This document shows, one piece after another, positions 1 to 11,169 of a DNA stretch of 64,000 nt. A model generated the notes under the pieces. That model worked only from the letters and a program-made list of their open reading frames with translations. It did not search any database and was not told where the DNA came from. Both the position numbers and the translations under genes were made by a program. Source of the DNA: Macrostomum hystrix (lineage: Eukaryota; Animalia; Platyhelminthes); the NCBI GenBank assembly GCA_950097015.1, contig CATNEN010000005.1, forward strand, positions 3,348,001 through 3,412,000, read 5' to 3'. Each line of letters starts with the position of its first letter. The stretch's first letter is position 1.

Positions 1-273
1 TCTAACTCTGAAAATTAGCTCCTGCTAAAATCGTGAAGCTACATTACGTTAGATTGTCATTAAATGTTTTGTAAAGGCGCAAACCAAATCGGCACTTAAA
101 TGCATAGTAAAACTGACTATTTTATTTTTAAAAATTTCAAAAAATATAAAAACTTGTTTTGCCTTTCATTGAAAAATAATATGACATATTCTATTTTTTT
201 AACGCAAAGACATATTTAATGTTGTTATACTGCACCTTAACAGAATAGCTTAAAGCAAGATTTTCAAAAAGCG

Positions 274-283
274 CTCTCCTTTT
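274..283 (+). promoter_or_regulatory. Candidate TCT/5'TOP pyrimidine start of eEF2 transcript
   Basis: CTCTCCTTTT about 75 nt upstream of the ATG exon. eEF2 is a known TOP mRNA; the TSS position is inferred. Confidence 0.5.
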
Positions 284-353
284 ACTGTTAACTCCGAGTG
301 TGTGATAAAGGTGTTGTTAGTATTCTGTAGTGCACGAGGAAGAGGGATTAAAA

Positions 354-3300
354 ATGGTAAGTCGTGTACCTTGACAATATACGTATGTATTTGTTCTTTG
401 AATTAGTGATTTGTGCATAATGGTCTTTGTTTCTGAAACCATTTTATGATTTAGTTAATGACTTAATCCAGACTTATACATAATCAGTTAAAAAATCGTT
501 TTTTACTAAGTTTAGTAAATTATGGTATGTAATATTAGATTGGGATCTAATGGGATAGGTCATGGCTATGTGCATCATTGCACTTCACTCAATTTGCTTC
601 TTTCCTACTATTAGCTCTTGTGTTTTTAAATATTCAAAGTAGTAACTAGTATATGCATATGCTTTACCAGCTTTGTTTTTGCCCTAGGCCTAGCTTATGC
701 TATGTAGACTATGCTTTATTGCACTATCCATACTAAAGAATAATAGCCGTGCCTACAGCTTTGGAATTATGGAACTCTAGCCTTAGATATTGTTTGATGA
801 ATTCTATTTATTATTTAACAGTTTAATACTGTCTACTATTTTTTACTTTTTTAAGTGCACATATGCTATAAGTAATGGCAAACTATATCTTCAGTTAAGT
901 AATTTAATAGTTTTGTCAATTATTTTGCTATCCACTATTATTAATATTAGCATCGAAATAAATCAAGAATGGATTTTATTTAGTAGGCCTAATAAACATT
1001 TTTTGCTTAAATAAGTTTTACATGTTTGTTTTCAGTGCACACATCTTTTGGATTTGATTAATATCATAACCAACAGAATTTTTAGACTAAACTATAGGTA
1101 AATTTAATTGGCTGGAATCAGTAGAGTAGCCAGTTACTATGTAAGCTAGTGATTAGGCTAGAGACTAAAGTCAGTTGCCACATAAACTAGGCCTATAGTG
1201 TAAAGTCTATAAGTTAGCCTAACCTATAATACTTAGTGCCCAAAATAACTTGTCATAGAACTTATAGGGCTAGTTATTTATCCAATAGTCTAGTCAAAAA
1301 AAGTTTATATTTTGTAGCAGCAGCAGTTCTAGTTTCAAGCGTTATTAAGCTTCAGCACGGTTAACTTACATACTTGTTACTTAGACTTTAGAGCAAAGCC
1401 CCTAATATAGAGCGCATATAATATCCTCTTGTCTATGGTTAATACTGACACATAAATACAGTCACTCAAGCCACCAATTTGTAGCCGTCTTAAAGGCTAC
1501 AACTAAGAAAGGTAGATGTTTGCAGTGGAATGTAAGATAGGACGTTATGCCTTAGTGGTCTCGCCCGGCTAAGACTTCTGGGCTTGAGTGACTGTATTTA
1601 TGTGTCAGTATTAACCATAGACAAGAGGATATTATATGCGCTCTATATTAGGGGCTTTGCTCTAAAGTCTAAGTAACAAGTATGTAAGTTAACGGTGCTG
1701 AAGCTTAATAACGCTTGAAACTAGAACTGCTGCTGCTACAATTTAAAGCAAAGTTATTATATAATAACTTTAAACAACCTAAGTTTGTTAGTTATAATAT
1801 TATTTATTGCTTTTGTGCCTTTTTGTATTGTGTTTTAAAAATTACAATGAAATTCAATGTTTGATAAAGTTATATATATATTTGGCAAATAAATTGTAAG
1901 TTAAATGACACATAATTTAACATAAGATAAGATGTTTAAGAAAGAAAATAGATTCTAAAAATTTTTTCAGTTCTTAATTATGGTTTTAAAGTACTTAATG
2001 CCTTTTTGTGACACACAATAGTGAAGCAAAAAGAGATTATTGAGTTATTAAGATAGCTGTTCTTTTTTACTTTGTAAACATTTTTTTCATATTTGATTAA
2101 TGAGTTTGGTAATTTATATGATGATATTACTTTTGAATGCCCTAAAAATAATGTGGGCCTTTCAGCTACTAGATGGACTGATATATTTTACTCAGTTTTT
2201 ACATGTTAGGAAAGTAACTGTGCTATAGCTTTTTTCCTAATTTTACTCTTCCTTTTTTCACAAAAAACTTAGGTGAACTTCACAGTGACCCAGATTCGTG
2301 GCATGATGGACAACAAGCGGAACATCCGCAACATGTCCGTCATTGCCCACGTGGACCATGGCAAATCAACTCTAACTGACTCTCTGTTGTCTAAAGCTGG
2401 TATCATTGCGTCAGCCAGAGCTGGCGAAACTAGATTTACTGATACTCGCAAGGACGAACAGGAGCGCTGCATCACCATCAAGTCAACAGCCGTGAGCATG
2501 TACTACGAGCTAGTTGAGTCTGACGTGAAGTATGTCAAGTCCCTCCAGGAAGTTTCCACTCGCAGCGATGGCACTGACGAGTGCGGCTTCCTTATCAACC
2601 TTATTGACTCGCCTGGTCACGTCGACTTCAGCTCTGAAGTAAGTCAGTCATATTTAAGGTTAAACAAATGCCAACAAAGCAAAAAAGTGATGACCTTTAC
2701 TGCCCCAGTCTGAACGCGATATGCGTATGTGGATTCAGTTTGTCTGATTAATTTTAGTTAACAAAATGACTAAACTTTTTAGAATTAAAAATCAATGCTT
2801 CCAGCTACCTATGACCTGCCATTGTCATTCAAATCTAGGTTACCGCCGCTCTGCGCGTTACCGACGGCGCCCTGGTTGTGGTCGACTGCAACTCCGGCGT
2901 TTGCGTCCAGACTGAGACTGTGCTCCGTCAGGCCATCGCCGAGCGCATCAAGCCGGTGCTGTTCATGAACAAAATGGACTGCTCTCTGCTGACCCTCAAG
3001 AAAGGCAAAGAAGATCTGTACCAGCAGTTCCAGCGTGTTGTTGAGAACATCAACGTTATCATCGCCCAGTTCGGCGAGGAGGGCGGTCCTATGGGCAACA
3101 TCTTTGTGACTCCGGAGAAGGGCACCGTCGGCTTCGGCTCCGGCCTTCACGCCTGGGCCTTCACGCTGAAGCAGTTCGCCGAGATGTACGCCTCCAAGTT
3201 CAAGATCGAGCCCCAGAAGCTCATGAAGCGCCTGTGGGGCGACAATTTCTACAACTCCGAGACTAAGAAGTGGGTCAAGACCGCCGAGAATGATAAGTGC

Positions 3301-5940
3301 GTTCGCGGCTTTATCCAGTTTGTGCTCAACCCCATCTACCAGGTGAGCAATTTGTTTAACAATTAGCTTAAAAAAACTGCGCTTTGCTTGTAAGGATGAC
3401 CTTATACTGCCCCAGGCTAATGCAGCGAAATAGCTGCAATTGACGATTCAGTTTATCTGATGCGGAGCGCATATTGTTATTTTGTACTTTACTAATATTT
3501 TTTCCTTATTGTGATGACCTTATACTGCCCCAGGCTAATGCAGCGAAATAGCTGTAATTGATGATTCAGTCTGTCTGAAATTAAATTTATACAATGCTTG
3601 TTTTGTTCTATACAAAAAATAATGTCCTAATTGTGATGACCTTATACTGCCCCAGGCTAATGCAGCGAAATAGCTGCAATTGATGATTCAGTCTGTCTGA
3701 AATTAAGTTTATACAATGCTTGTTTTGTTCTATACAAAAAATAATGTCCTAATTGTGATGACCTTATACTGCCCCAGGCTAATGCTGCGAATTAGCTGCA
3801 ATTGATGATTCAGTCTGTCTGACAACTAGTTACTTGTCTCTTTAGCCAAATAATTTCAAAGTTATTAGTTTTGTAAGTTCAAAACTAGTTTATGCTATTC
3901 ATATTTTTACACCCCAGGTATTCGAAGTGGTGATGGAGAAGCCGGCCGAGGAGGGCCTGAAGCTGGCCGAGAAGATGAACATCAAGCTGGACGCTGAGGA
4001 GCGCGAGCTGCGGGACAAGCCTCTGCTGAAGGTGATGATGCGCAAGTGGCTGCCGGCCGGCGACACCCTGCTGCAGATGATTGCTATCCACCTGCCATCG
4101 CCAGTGACCTCCCAGCGCTACCGCATGGAGCTGCTGTACGAGGGACCGCACGACGACGAAGCCGCCGTCGGCATCAAGACCTGCGACCCGAAGGCGCCGC
4201 TGATGATGTACATCTCCAAGATGGTGCCCACCTCCGATAAGGGCCGCTTCTACGCCTTCGGCCGTGTGTTCTCCGGTGTTGTCAGCGCCAACAAGGTGCG
4301 CATCATGGGCCCCAACTACACGCCCGGCAAGAAGGACGACCTGTTTGAGAAGAGCATCCAGCGCACCATCCTCATGATGGGCCGTTACACCGAGCCGATC
4401 GAGGACGTGCCCTGCGGCAACATCTGCGGATTGGTTGGCGTCGATCAGTTCCTGGTCAAAACCGGCACCATCACGACATTCGCCGCTGCGCACAACATGC
4501 GCGTCATGAAGTTCAGCGTGTCGCCCGTCGTTCGCGTCGCCGTGGACTGCAAGAACCCGTCCGATCTGCCCAAGCTGGTTGAGGGCCTGAAGCGACTGGC
4601 CAAGTCCGACCCCATGGTGCAGATCTACAACGAGGAGTCCGGTGAGCACATCATCGCCGGAGCTGGCGAGCTGCATCTCGAGATCTGCCTGAAGGATCTA
4701 GAGGAGGATCACGCTCAGATCCCAATCAAGACTGGCGATCCTGTGGTGTCCTACCGCGAGACTGTCACCAATGAGAGCAACCAGGTTTGGCTTTGAGTCT
4801 TTCATCTTCGTAGTATGATGTTCTATTTACCTTTTTGAGACCCTTTTTTTATTTCCTATCCTTCTCCCCAAGGTGGTGCTGTCCAAATCGCCGAACAAGC
4901 ACAACCGCCTGTACATGAAGGCCCGTCCGCTAGACGAGGACCTCAGCAAAGACATCGACGATGGCAAGATTGCGCCGCGTCAGGACGTCAAGGACCGCGG
5001 CCGCATCCTGGCCGACACCTACAACTGGGACGTCACCGAGGCCCGCAAGATCTGGTGCTTCGGCCCGGACACCAACGGCCCCAACCTGGTTGTTGACGTC
5101 ACCAAGGGTGTGCAGTACCTGGCTGAGATCAAGGACAGCGTCGTTGCCGCCTTCCAGTGGGCCACCAAGGAGGGCGTCCTCTGCGACGAGAACATGCGCG
5201 GCTGCCGCTTCGACATCGCTGACGTAACGCTCCACACTGACGCCATTCACCGCGGCGGCGGTCAGATCATCCCGACCGCCAGGCGCTGCTTCTACGCCGC
5301 CGTTCTGACCGCTGAGCCAGCCCTGCTTGAACCAGTCTACCTGTGCGAGATCCAGTGCCCGGAGAATGCCGTCGGAGGCATCTACGGTGTCCTCAATCGT
5401 CGTCGCGGTGTTGTGTTCTCCGAGGAGCAGGTGAGTTTTGTCTTTGAATTGATCATTCAGTTAAATTGTTCATTATTATGGTTATGATGACTTTATACTG
5501 CCCCAGGCTGATGCGCTTCTACTTGACCGCAGTTGCTGATTCAGTTTGTCTGATAAGCCCCCAAATAAATGTGGCCTCGCCGCGGAATCGAGCTCACGTG
5601 CCAGAGGCTAGCGACCATTTAACTAACCATAAATAATCCAGCAAAAGCTTATAATTATATTTATTCCACCCATCATTGAACATCTCAGGTGACCGGCACT
5701 CCGATGTTCATCGTCAAGGCCCACCTGCCTGTTAACGAGAGCTTCGGCTTCACCTCCGACCTGCGTCAGGCCACGGGTGGCCAGGCCTTCCCGCAGTGCG
5801 TCTTCGACCACTGGCAGGTGATGCCAGGCGATCCCCTGACTAGCGGCACCAAACCCTACCAGATTGTGTTGGACACTCGCAAGCGCAAGGGCCTGCAGGA
5901 GGGTGTGCCGCCGCTTGATCGTTTCCTGGACAAGCTCTAA
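354..5940 (+). CDS. EEF2: Eukaryotic translation elongation factor 2 (6 exons, ~849 aa)
   Basis: Exons 354-356 (ATG|gtaagt), 2273-2638, 2839-3342, 3918-4784, 4873-5430, 5689-5940; all GT-AG, phase 0, frame continuous. Motifs: [10 protein letters not shown]-terminus, G1 [29 protein letters not shown], diphthamide loop [14 protein letters not shown]-terminus RKRKGL...FLDKL. Confidence 0.98.
1312..1741. mobile_element. Foldback/MITE-like element with 161-bp inverted arms in eEF2 intron 1
   Basis: 1312-1472 is the reverse complement of 1581-1741 with one mismatch seen; 108-nt spacer; no clear TSD. Confidence 0.85.
2118..2181 (+). ncRNA. Box C/D snoRNA, 28S rRNA guide (eEF2 intron 1)
   Basis: C box ATGATGA 2118-2124, D box CTGA 2178-2181. 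The 14-nt guide CAGCTACTAGATGG is the perfect complement of conserved 28S CCATCTAGTAGCTG. Lies 91 nt upstream of the 3' splice site. Confidence 0.85.
2687..2747 (+). ncRNA. SNORD31: Box C/D snoRNA U31/snR67-type, copy 1 (intron 2)
   Basis: GTGATGA, then guide TACTGCCCCAGT before D' CTGA, complementary to the 28S P-loop ACTGGGGCGGTA (one G-U). The D'+5 rule gives the G equivalent to E. coli G2251/yeast Gm2619. Terminal CTGA 2744-2747. Confidence 0.9.
3393..3460 (+). ncRNA. SNORD31: U31-type snoRNA copy 2 (intron 3)
   Basis: Variant C box AGGATGA, guide ATACTGCCCCAG, D' CTAA, GCAGC/GCTGC hairpin, C' TGACGA, D CTGA. Confidence 0.8.
3511..3578 (+). ncRNA. SNORD31: U31-type snoRNA copy 3 (intron 3)
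   Basis: GTGATGA, same guide, D' CTAA, C' TGATGA, D CTGA. Confidence 0.85.
3633..3700 (+). ncRNA. SNORD31: U31-type snoRNA copy 4 (intron 3)
   Basis: 122-bp tandem duplicate of copy 3; boxes intact. Confidence 0.85.
3755..3822 (+). ncRNA. SNORD31: U31-type snoRNA copy 5 (intron 3)
   Basis: Third 122-bp unit; boxes intact; 95 nt upstream of the acceptor. Confidence 0.85.
5484..5553 (+). ncRNA. SNORD31: U31-type snoRNA copy 6 (intron 5)
   Basis: ATGATGA, guide ATACTGCCCCAG, D' CTGA, TGCG/CGCA hairpin, C' TGCTGA, D CTGA. Confidence 0.88.
5559..5620 (-). mobile_element. SINE family A head fragment
   Basis: Minus strand GAGCTCGATTCCGCGGCGAGGCCACATTTATTTGGGG matches the B-box region of the full copy at 59065. 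Confidence 0.75.
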
Positions 5941-8203
5941 ATAACTGACAATCGGATTTGACACTTCCATCAGTGCGTTGATTCCGAATCGAATGATAAG
6001 CTGGGAGAGAAAATCTAGGCAAAAATTTTAATCCAGATACTTATTCCAATCAAATGGGATCAAAATTACTGGGCTGGAATTTTTAAACTTCTCCAGCCAT
6101 GGCCGACTTCTGAGTAGAGAGAGAGACTTAAGAGACACCTGAATGAAATATTTAAACAAGAACGAGAAACTAATTTAATCAATTCTTCTGCTTTCTTGTG
6201 TTGGCACGCTTGTTCGACAGTCCCGTTAATTTGATTTCGGTTAACGACAAACAAATCGGGCCTGTTCAAATTCATTGGAAAGATGATGACCGAAATAATA
6301 AAAGAAATAATTTGGAAGAAATCTATTGACTGTTTGTCTTAATACTATTTTTTAAAGTCTTTCTTCTTTTCTTGAAAGAATCCTACACAGTAATCAGTTT
6401 ATTTTCTGCTGCCAGCCATTGTACTTGTGTAATCTGCTAGATTTGGTTGGAAAAAATATCGATCGATCAAACTTTAGACTGAGCTACAACTTCACAATTG
6501 TGCGTGTTTGGGAAGTCGTGTAAGGAAAGAATTGACTGAGAGTTCTTCCTCTTTACCCTATGGTTAATATGTACAGCTACTGCAAATGCACTCAGTATTT
6601 AGCTATATTCTCTCTTACCCATAATCTATTCGACTTCTATTCTCGTATAGAAGACACGGCTTGCTCCAAGCATTGCTTGTCAACCTTTTGGGAGTAACGC
6701 AAGCTGACACCCTAAAAAGCGATAGTAATATACAGATCAAAATATACGCTGTACATAAAGCATAAAAATACTATACTTAATCTTAATAACTTTTGTGAGT
6801 AAATTATAAGCAGTGTAACGAGTCGAAAGAAATAAAGCTAAGTTTTTGTTTACTTCACGTCAAGGCTCTAACAAAGAAGTTATTTCGAACAAAACGATGC
6901 TGATTTAAGCGACTTCATCGCATGTGTTTTTTTTCACGTACCTAAATTTGACAGCTGAATAAAAAAGTACGTGTCTACTAATAACACGTATACAGCGAGA
7001 AATAATTCATTCGCTTGATTTTGAGTCTATTGTTAGACTAGAGCACATGTTACATGCAGCCTCGATAAGCACAATAATAATTAACAGAAGGACAAAATCT
7101 GTTTATTGCTTGATGTACGGGTATCGAGTGCATATATTTTGATACTAGACGTGGTATTAGCAATAGCATTGGGAATAGCTTTTCTGGATTCAAGCTCACG
7201 GCTTGTTTAGTTTCCGTTCACGGCTTTTCATAAGAAAAACATTAATCTGTGTAAGGATGCATAGTTTAAAGCAGTTTTATTATTGCAAGTACATATTTAG
7301 CGCTAGTTCCTAGCTTATTATTCTATACTAAGAAATTTTTTGTTAGTTCAAGCTAGTTGTTATGGTCACAATCGAGTCAATGTAAAGTATTTATTTTGCC
7401 GTAAATTCGAAGTCGTGTGAAATAACTGTTTTAACTTTTTAAGTCAGTTAAAGTTGTCTAAAAATGAACATTGTTTGCTTTAATTGTCGAAAAAAAGAAC
7501 TTTAAATACAGAAAAAACTAAAATTTCATTATTTAAAATTGCAAGCGCATTTTTTATATGGATAATAATATTTAGTGCTGCACACTTGACACTTGTTAGC
7601 TACTTAGTTATAGTTTGAATGATTTTCTTCACTCTAAGACATAAATATCATAAGTACTTCTAATATGTTTTCATGTCAGTTTTCTTTCAACTAATAAAAA
7701 CTGCGAAAAAACACCCTTTTTTGCCCGAGCATTATTTTTTTATGCATATAGCCCATTTGAATTTTTACGAAAACTTTAATATAATAGGCTCCTTGCTATA
7801 TATATTATGACTGTAGTTTCTATGGTATAATAATTGTGCTTTTAAATAAATTTCATAATAATTCATATTAGTGCTGTAGGAAGTAAAACAAGAAAACTTT
7901 GTTGGCCTTTTAGTTGAATAAAATAAATTAAATGAGATATTTTAAACCCGATGAAGTTTTCTGTTTCTATTATTCTTTTAGTTCTTTTTTACTAAATGAT
8001 TTTTCAAATTGTAATACCAGGTATAAAATGTACAATTATATATAGCATTCTTTCTGTCGTTTTGTATTTCTCCTAATTTATTAATTTTCGGACTCGACTC
8101 TATCTAAAATATCTTTCCATAACCCCTATTGAATAACTACAACTGATTTGTAGCTTGCTGATTCCCATTGATATTTTGCAGCTTGAAAGCAAAAACATCA
8201 ATC

Positions 8204-10618
8204 ATGGGTCACGTGATGCTCTCTTACCAGTGGGACAAGCAGCCTCTAGTCAAGAGGGTTTACGAGGTCCTACAATCGCAGGGCATCGCTGTGTGGATGG
8301 ACATTCAAGGTGGCATGAGCAGAAACATTAACGACAGGTGAGAGACAGTTTTATCTATTAAAACACTGTTGAAATGACATGGAAAAATTGATCATTTTGT
8401 ATTGTTGCTGTTTCAAAATTCTGTTAGCATGGCCGAAGGCGTTGACAACGCAGCCGTCGTCTGTCCATTCCTCACCGCCAAGTACCAGGAGTCGAAGAAC
8501 TGCAAGAAGGAGCTGAATTACGCTGACGCACGCGACGTTCCAATCGTGCCAGCCATGGCCGAACTGAAGTTCAAAGCTACTGGCTGGCTTGGCGTCATCA
8601 CCGCCGGCCTGCTGTGGATGGATTTTCGTCGCGACGAAGCGTTCGACAACAGCATCGTGTCACTGACCAAGGAGATAATCCACGCGGCCGGAGATAAGCT
8701 GAAGATTACCCAGCCGAGTCCAGCTCAGGCGCCGGCAATGAAAATCGATCTGGTGCAGAAGCCAGGCAGAGCTTTCAAGCACAGCCAGATGGGAAAATAT
8801 CTGGCCGAGTCTGGTGAGAACTACTCAAAGGACCTTCTTCTATTGCTGTGTCAGTTGTTAGACAAAGAGTTCGTCAAAGTGTTAGACAGCTAGGTATCAA
8901 GTGTTAGACAGGTGTCAAGTGTTAGACAGCTAGGTATCAAGTGTTAGACAGGTGTCAAGTGTTAGACAGGTGTCAAGTGTTAGACAGGTATCAAGTGTTA
9001 GACAGGTATCAAGTGTTAGACAGGTATCAAGTGTTAGACAGGTGTCAAGTGTTAGGCAGGTGTCAAGTGTTAGATAGGTATCAAGTGTTAGACAGGTATC
9101 AAGTGTTAGACAGATGTCAAGTGTTAGATAGGTGTCAAGTGTTAGACAGGTGTCAAGTGTTAGACAGGTGTCAAGTGTTCAATAGTTTCACCGCTAAACA
9201 CCGCAAAGCTGACACCCAACTGCAGGTGAAGTCAAGTATCACCAGGCTAGCGGCAGTCGCAGTACTTTGGTGCTGCGAGACACACCGGAGGACACGAGCT
9301 ACTGGGAGGAGACTAAAGCGGAGTCTAAGTCTGAGATTCACTTTTTCCGCAATTATCACACCAAGCAGTATCTGGGTGAGTTTGAACTTTAACAGATGTC
9401 TGCGATATTTCAAATTAAATTTGAGTGTTACTCCTCAGTTCTCAAAACATGACATTCCAAAACCTGACATTCCTAAAACCTGGCATTCTCAAAACCTGAC
9501 ATTCTCAAAGCCTGAATTCAAAAACCCGACATTCTCTCTCAAAGCCTGACATTCCAAAACCTGACATTCTCAAAGCCTGACATTCTCAAAGCCTGACATT
9601 CCTAAAACCTGGCATTCTCAAAACCTGACATTCTTAAAGCCTGAATTCGAAAACCTGACATTCTCTCTCAAAGCCTGACATTCCAAAACCTGACATTCTC
9701 AAAGCCTGACATTCCAAAACCAGACATTCCCAAAACATGACATTCCCAGAACCTAACAATCCAAAACCTGATATTCCAAAACCTGACATTCCCAAAACCT
9801 AACATTCCAAAACCTGACATTCCCAAAACCTAACATTCCAGAACCTGACATTCCCAGAACCTGACATTCCAAAACCTGACATTCCCAGAACCTGACATTC
9901 CAAAACCTGACATTCCCAGAACCAGACATTCCCAGAACCTGACATTCCCAGAACCAGACATTCCCAGAACCAGACATTCCCAGAACCTGACATTCCCAGA
10001 ACCAAACATTCCAAAACCTGACATTCCCAAAACCTAACATTCCAAAACCTGACATTCCCAAAACCTAACATTCCCAGAAACTGACATTCCAAAACCTAAC
10101 ATTCCCAGAACCTAACATTCCCAGAACCAGACATTCCTAGAACCTGACATTCCCAGAACCTAACATTCCAAAACCTGAAATTCCCAGAACCTGACATTCC
10201 CAGAACCTGACATTCCCAGAACCTAACATTCTCAAAGCCTGACATTCTAAAATCTAAAATTCTTAAAGACATTTCCAAAACCCGACATTCAAAAAAACCT
10301 TTTACTTTCTGACAAACCTAGCATTCTCAAATCTCGACGTCTTCAGAATCCTGTCAGTCAACCTGCAATGCTTAAATCACTCAATCGCTTAATATTGAAT
10401 TCGCTATAGGCTACGATCCGAACGGGGACTACATCTACACCAAGGGTCAGCACTACGGCGCCGAAGAGTGGCTACTGATCTCGGACGAAGAGTCCACGGA
10501 CGGTCGCAGGGCGGTTGTGATTTTCGCCAAATACGGCCAACGCTATTTGGCAATTCGCAATGGCCAACTGACCGGAGTTACAAGCAAGGGACCGGATTGT
10601 GTCTGGTATCTGGAGTAG
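8204..10618 (+). CDS. TIR (TIR_2-like) domain plus C-terminal beta-trefoil protein, 292 aa
   Basis: Exons 8204-8337, 8428-8813, 9226-9375, 10410-10618 (879 nt, phases consistent). HVMLSYQWD...VWMDIQGGM...YQESKNCKKELNYA is a typical TIR_2 signature. The C-terminus has three ~40-aa repeats (GKYLA / KQYLG / QRYLA, each followed by W). Confidence 0.88.
8878..9178. repeat. 18-bp minisatellite (GTGTTAGACAGGTRTCAA) in TIR-gene intron 2
   Basis: Direct tandem periodicity. Confidence 0.95.
9446..10290. repeat. 15-16-bp minisatellite (AACCTGACATTCCCAG) in TIR-gene intron 3
   Basis: Direct tandem periodicity with indel variants. Confidence 0.95.
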
Positions 10619-11169
10619 TTGCCTGAATTCGTCAATTATCTGACACAGCTGATCTAGAAGCTATCGATAAATCAATCCATTTTGTCGAGAAACATGAAAA
10701 ACATTTGTTTAAGTGGACAGACTTTTCAGAACGCACTTGAAAAACAAATCAAAATTCTAACTTCGCTATTTAACCATATTTTCACAATTTTCAATGCACC
10801 AGAAAAAAAAATTTTTTCTCTCAGTGTTTTGGTCGATTGTCTACATTTTTCTATAAATTAGTTAATAAATAGATCTTATTGCCTTCTGCGTGATAGATTC
10901 TTAAAAGCACCATGACCTTGTAATTTATTCAACCATTTTTTTATTTCTTTTGCTTCATTCTAGAAATCAAGCAGTTTCTAGTCAGGTCATAGACAATTAA
11001 CTAATTGCTAAATTTCATTATTGCCACATTACCAACAAAATAAATGCTATCGATTCACACACTTTTTATATCGTCTTATCAAACAATTAACTTATTAGCA
11101 CAGCTCATAAAAGGGCAAATTGCTAATATAGAATTGCATTTCTATCAGATTTTGATATAAACGTTGTCA

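Noticed and set aside
2687-2747. SNORD37 (the snoRNA hosted by human EEF2)
   Set aside because: The guide matches the U31 target (P-loop), not U37 as I recall it.
4785-4872. snoRNA in eEF2 intron 4 (ATGATG)
   Set aside because: The intron is only 88 nt, the C box is incomplete, and there is no D box or guide.
2269-5970. Minus-strand ORFs overlapping eEF2 exons (also those opposite the lectin and ANKMY1 exons)
   Set aside because: Antisense shadows of GC3-rich coding sequence.
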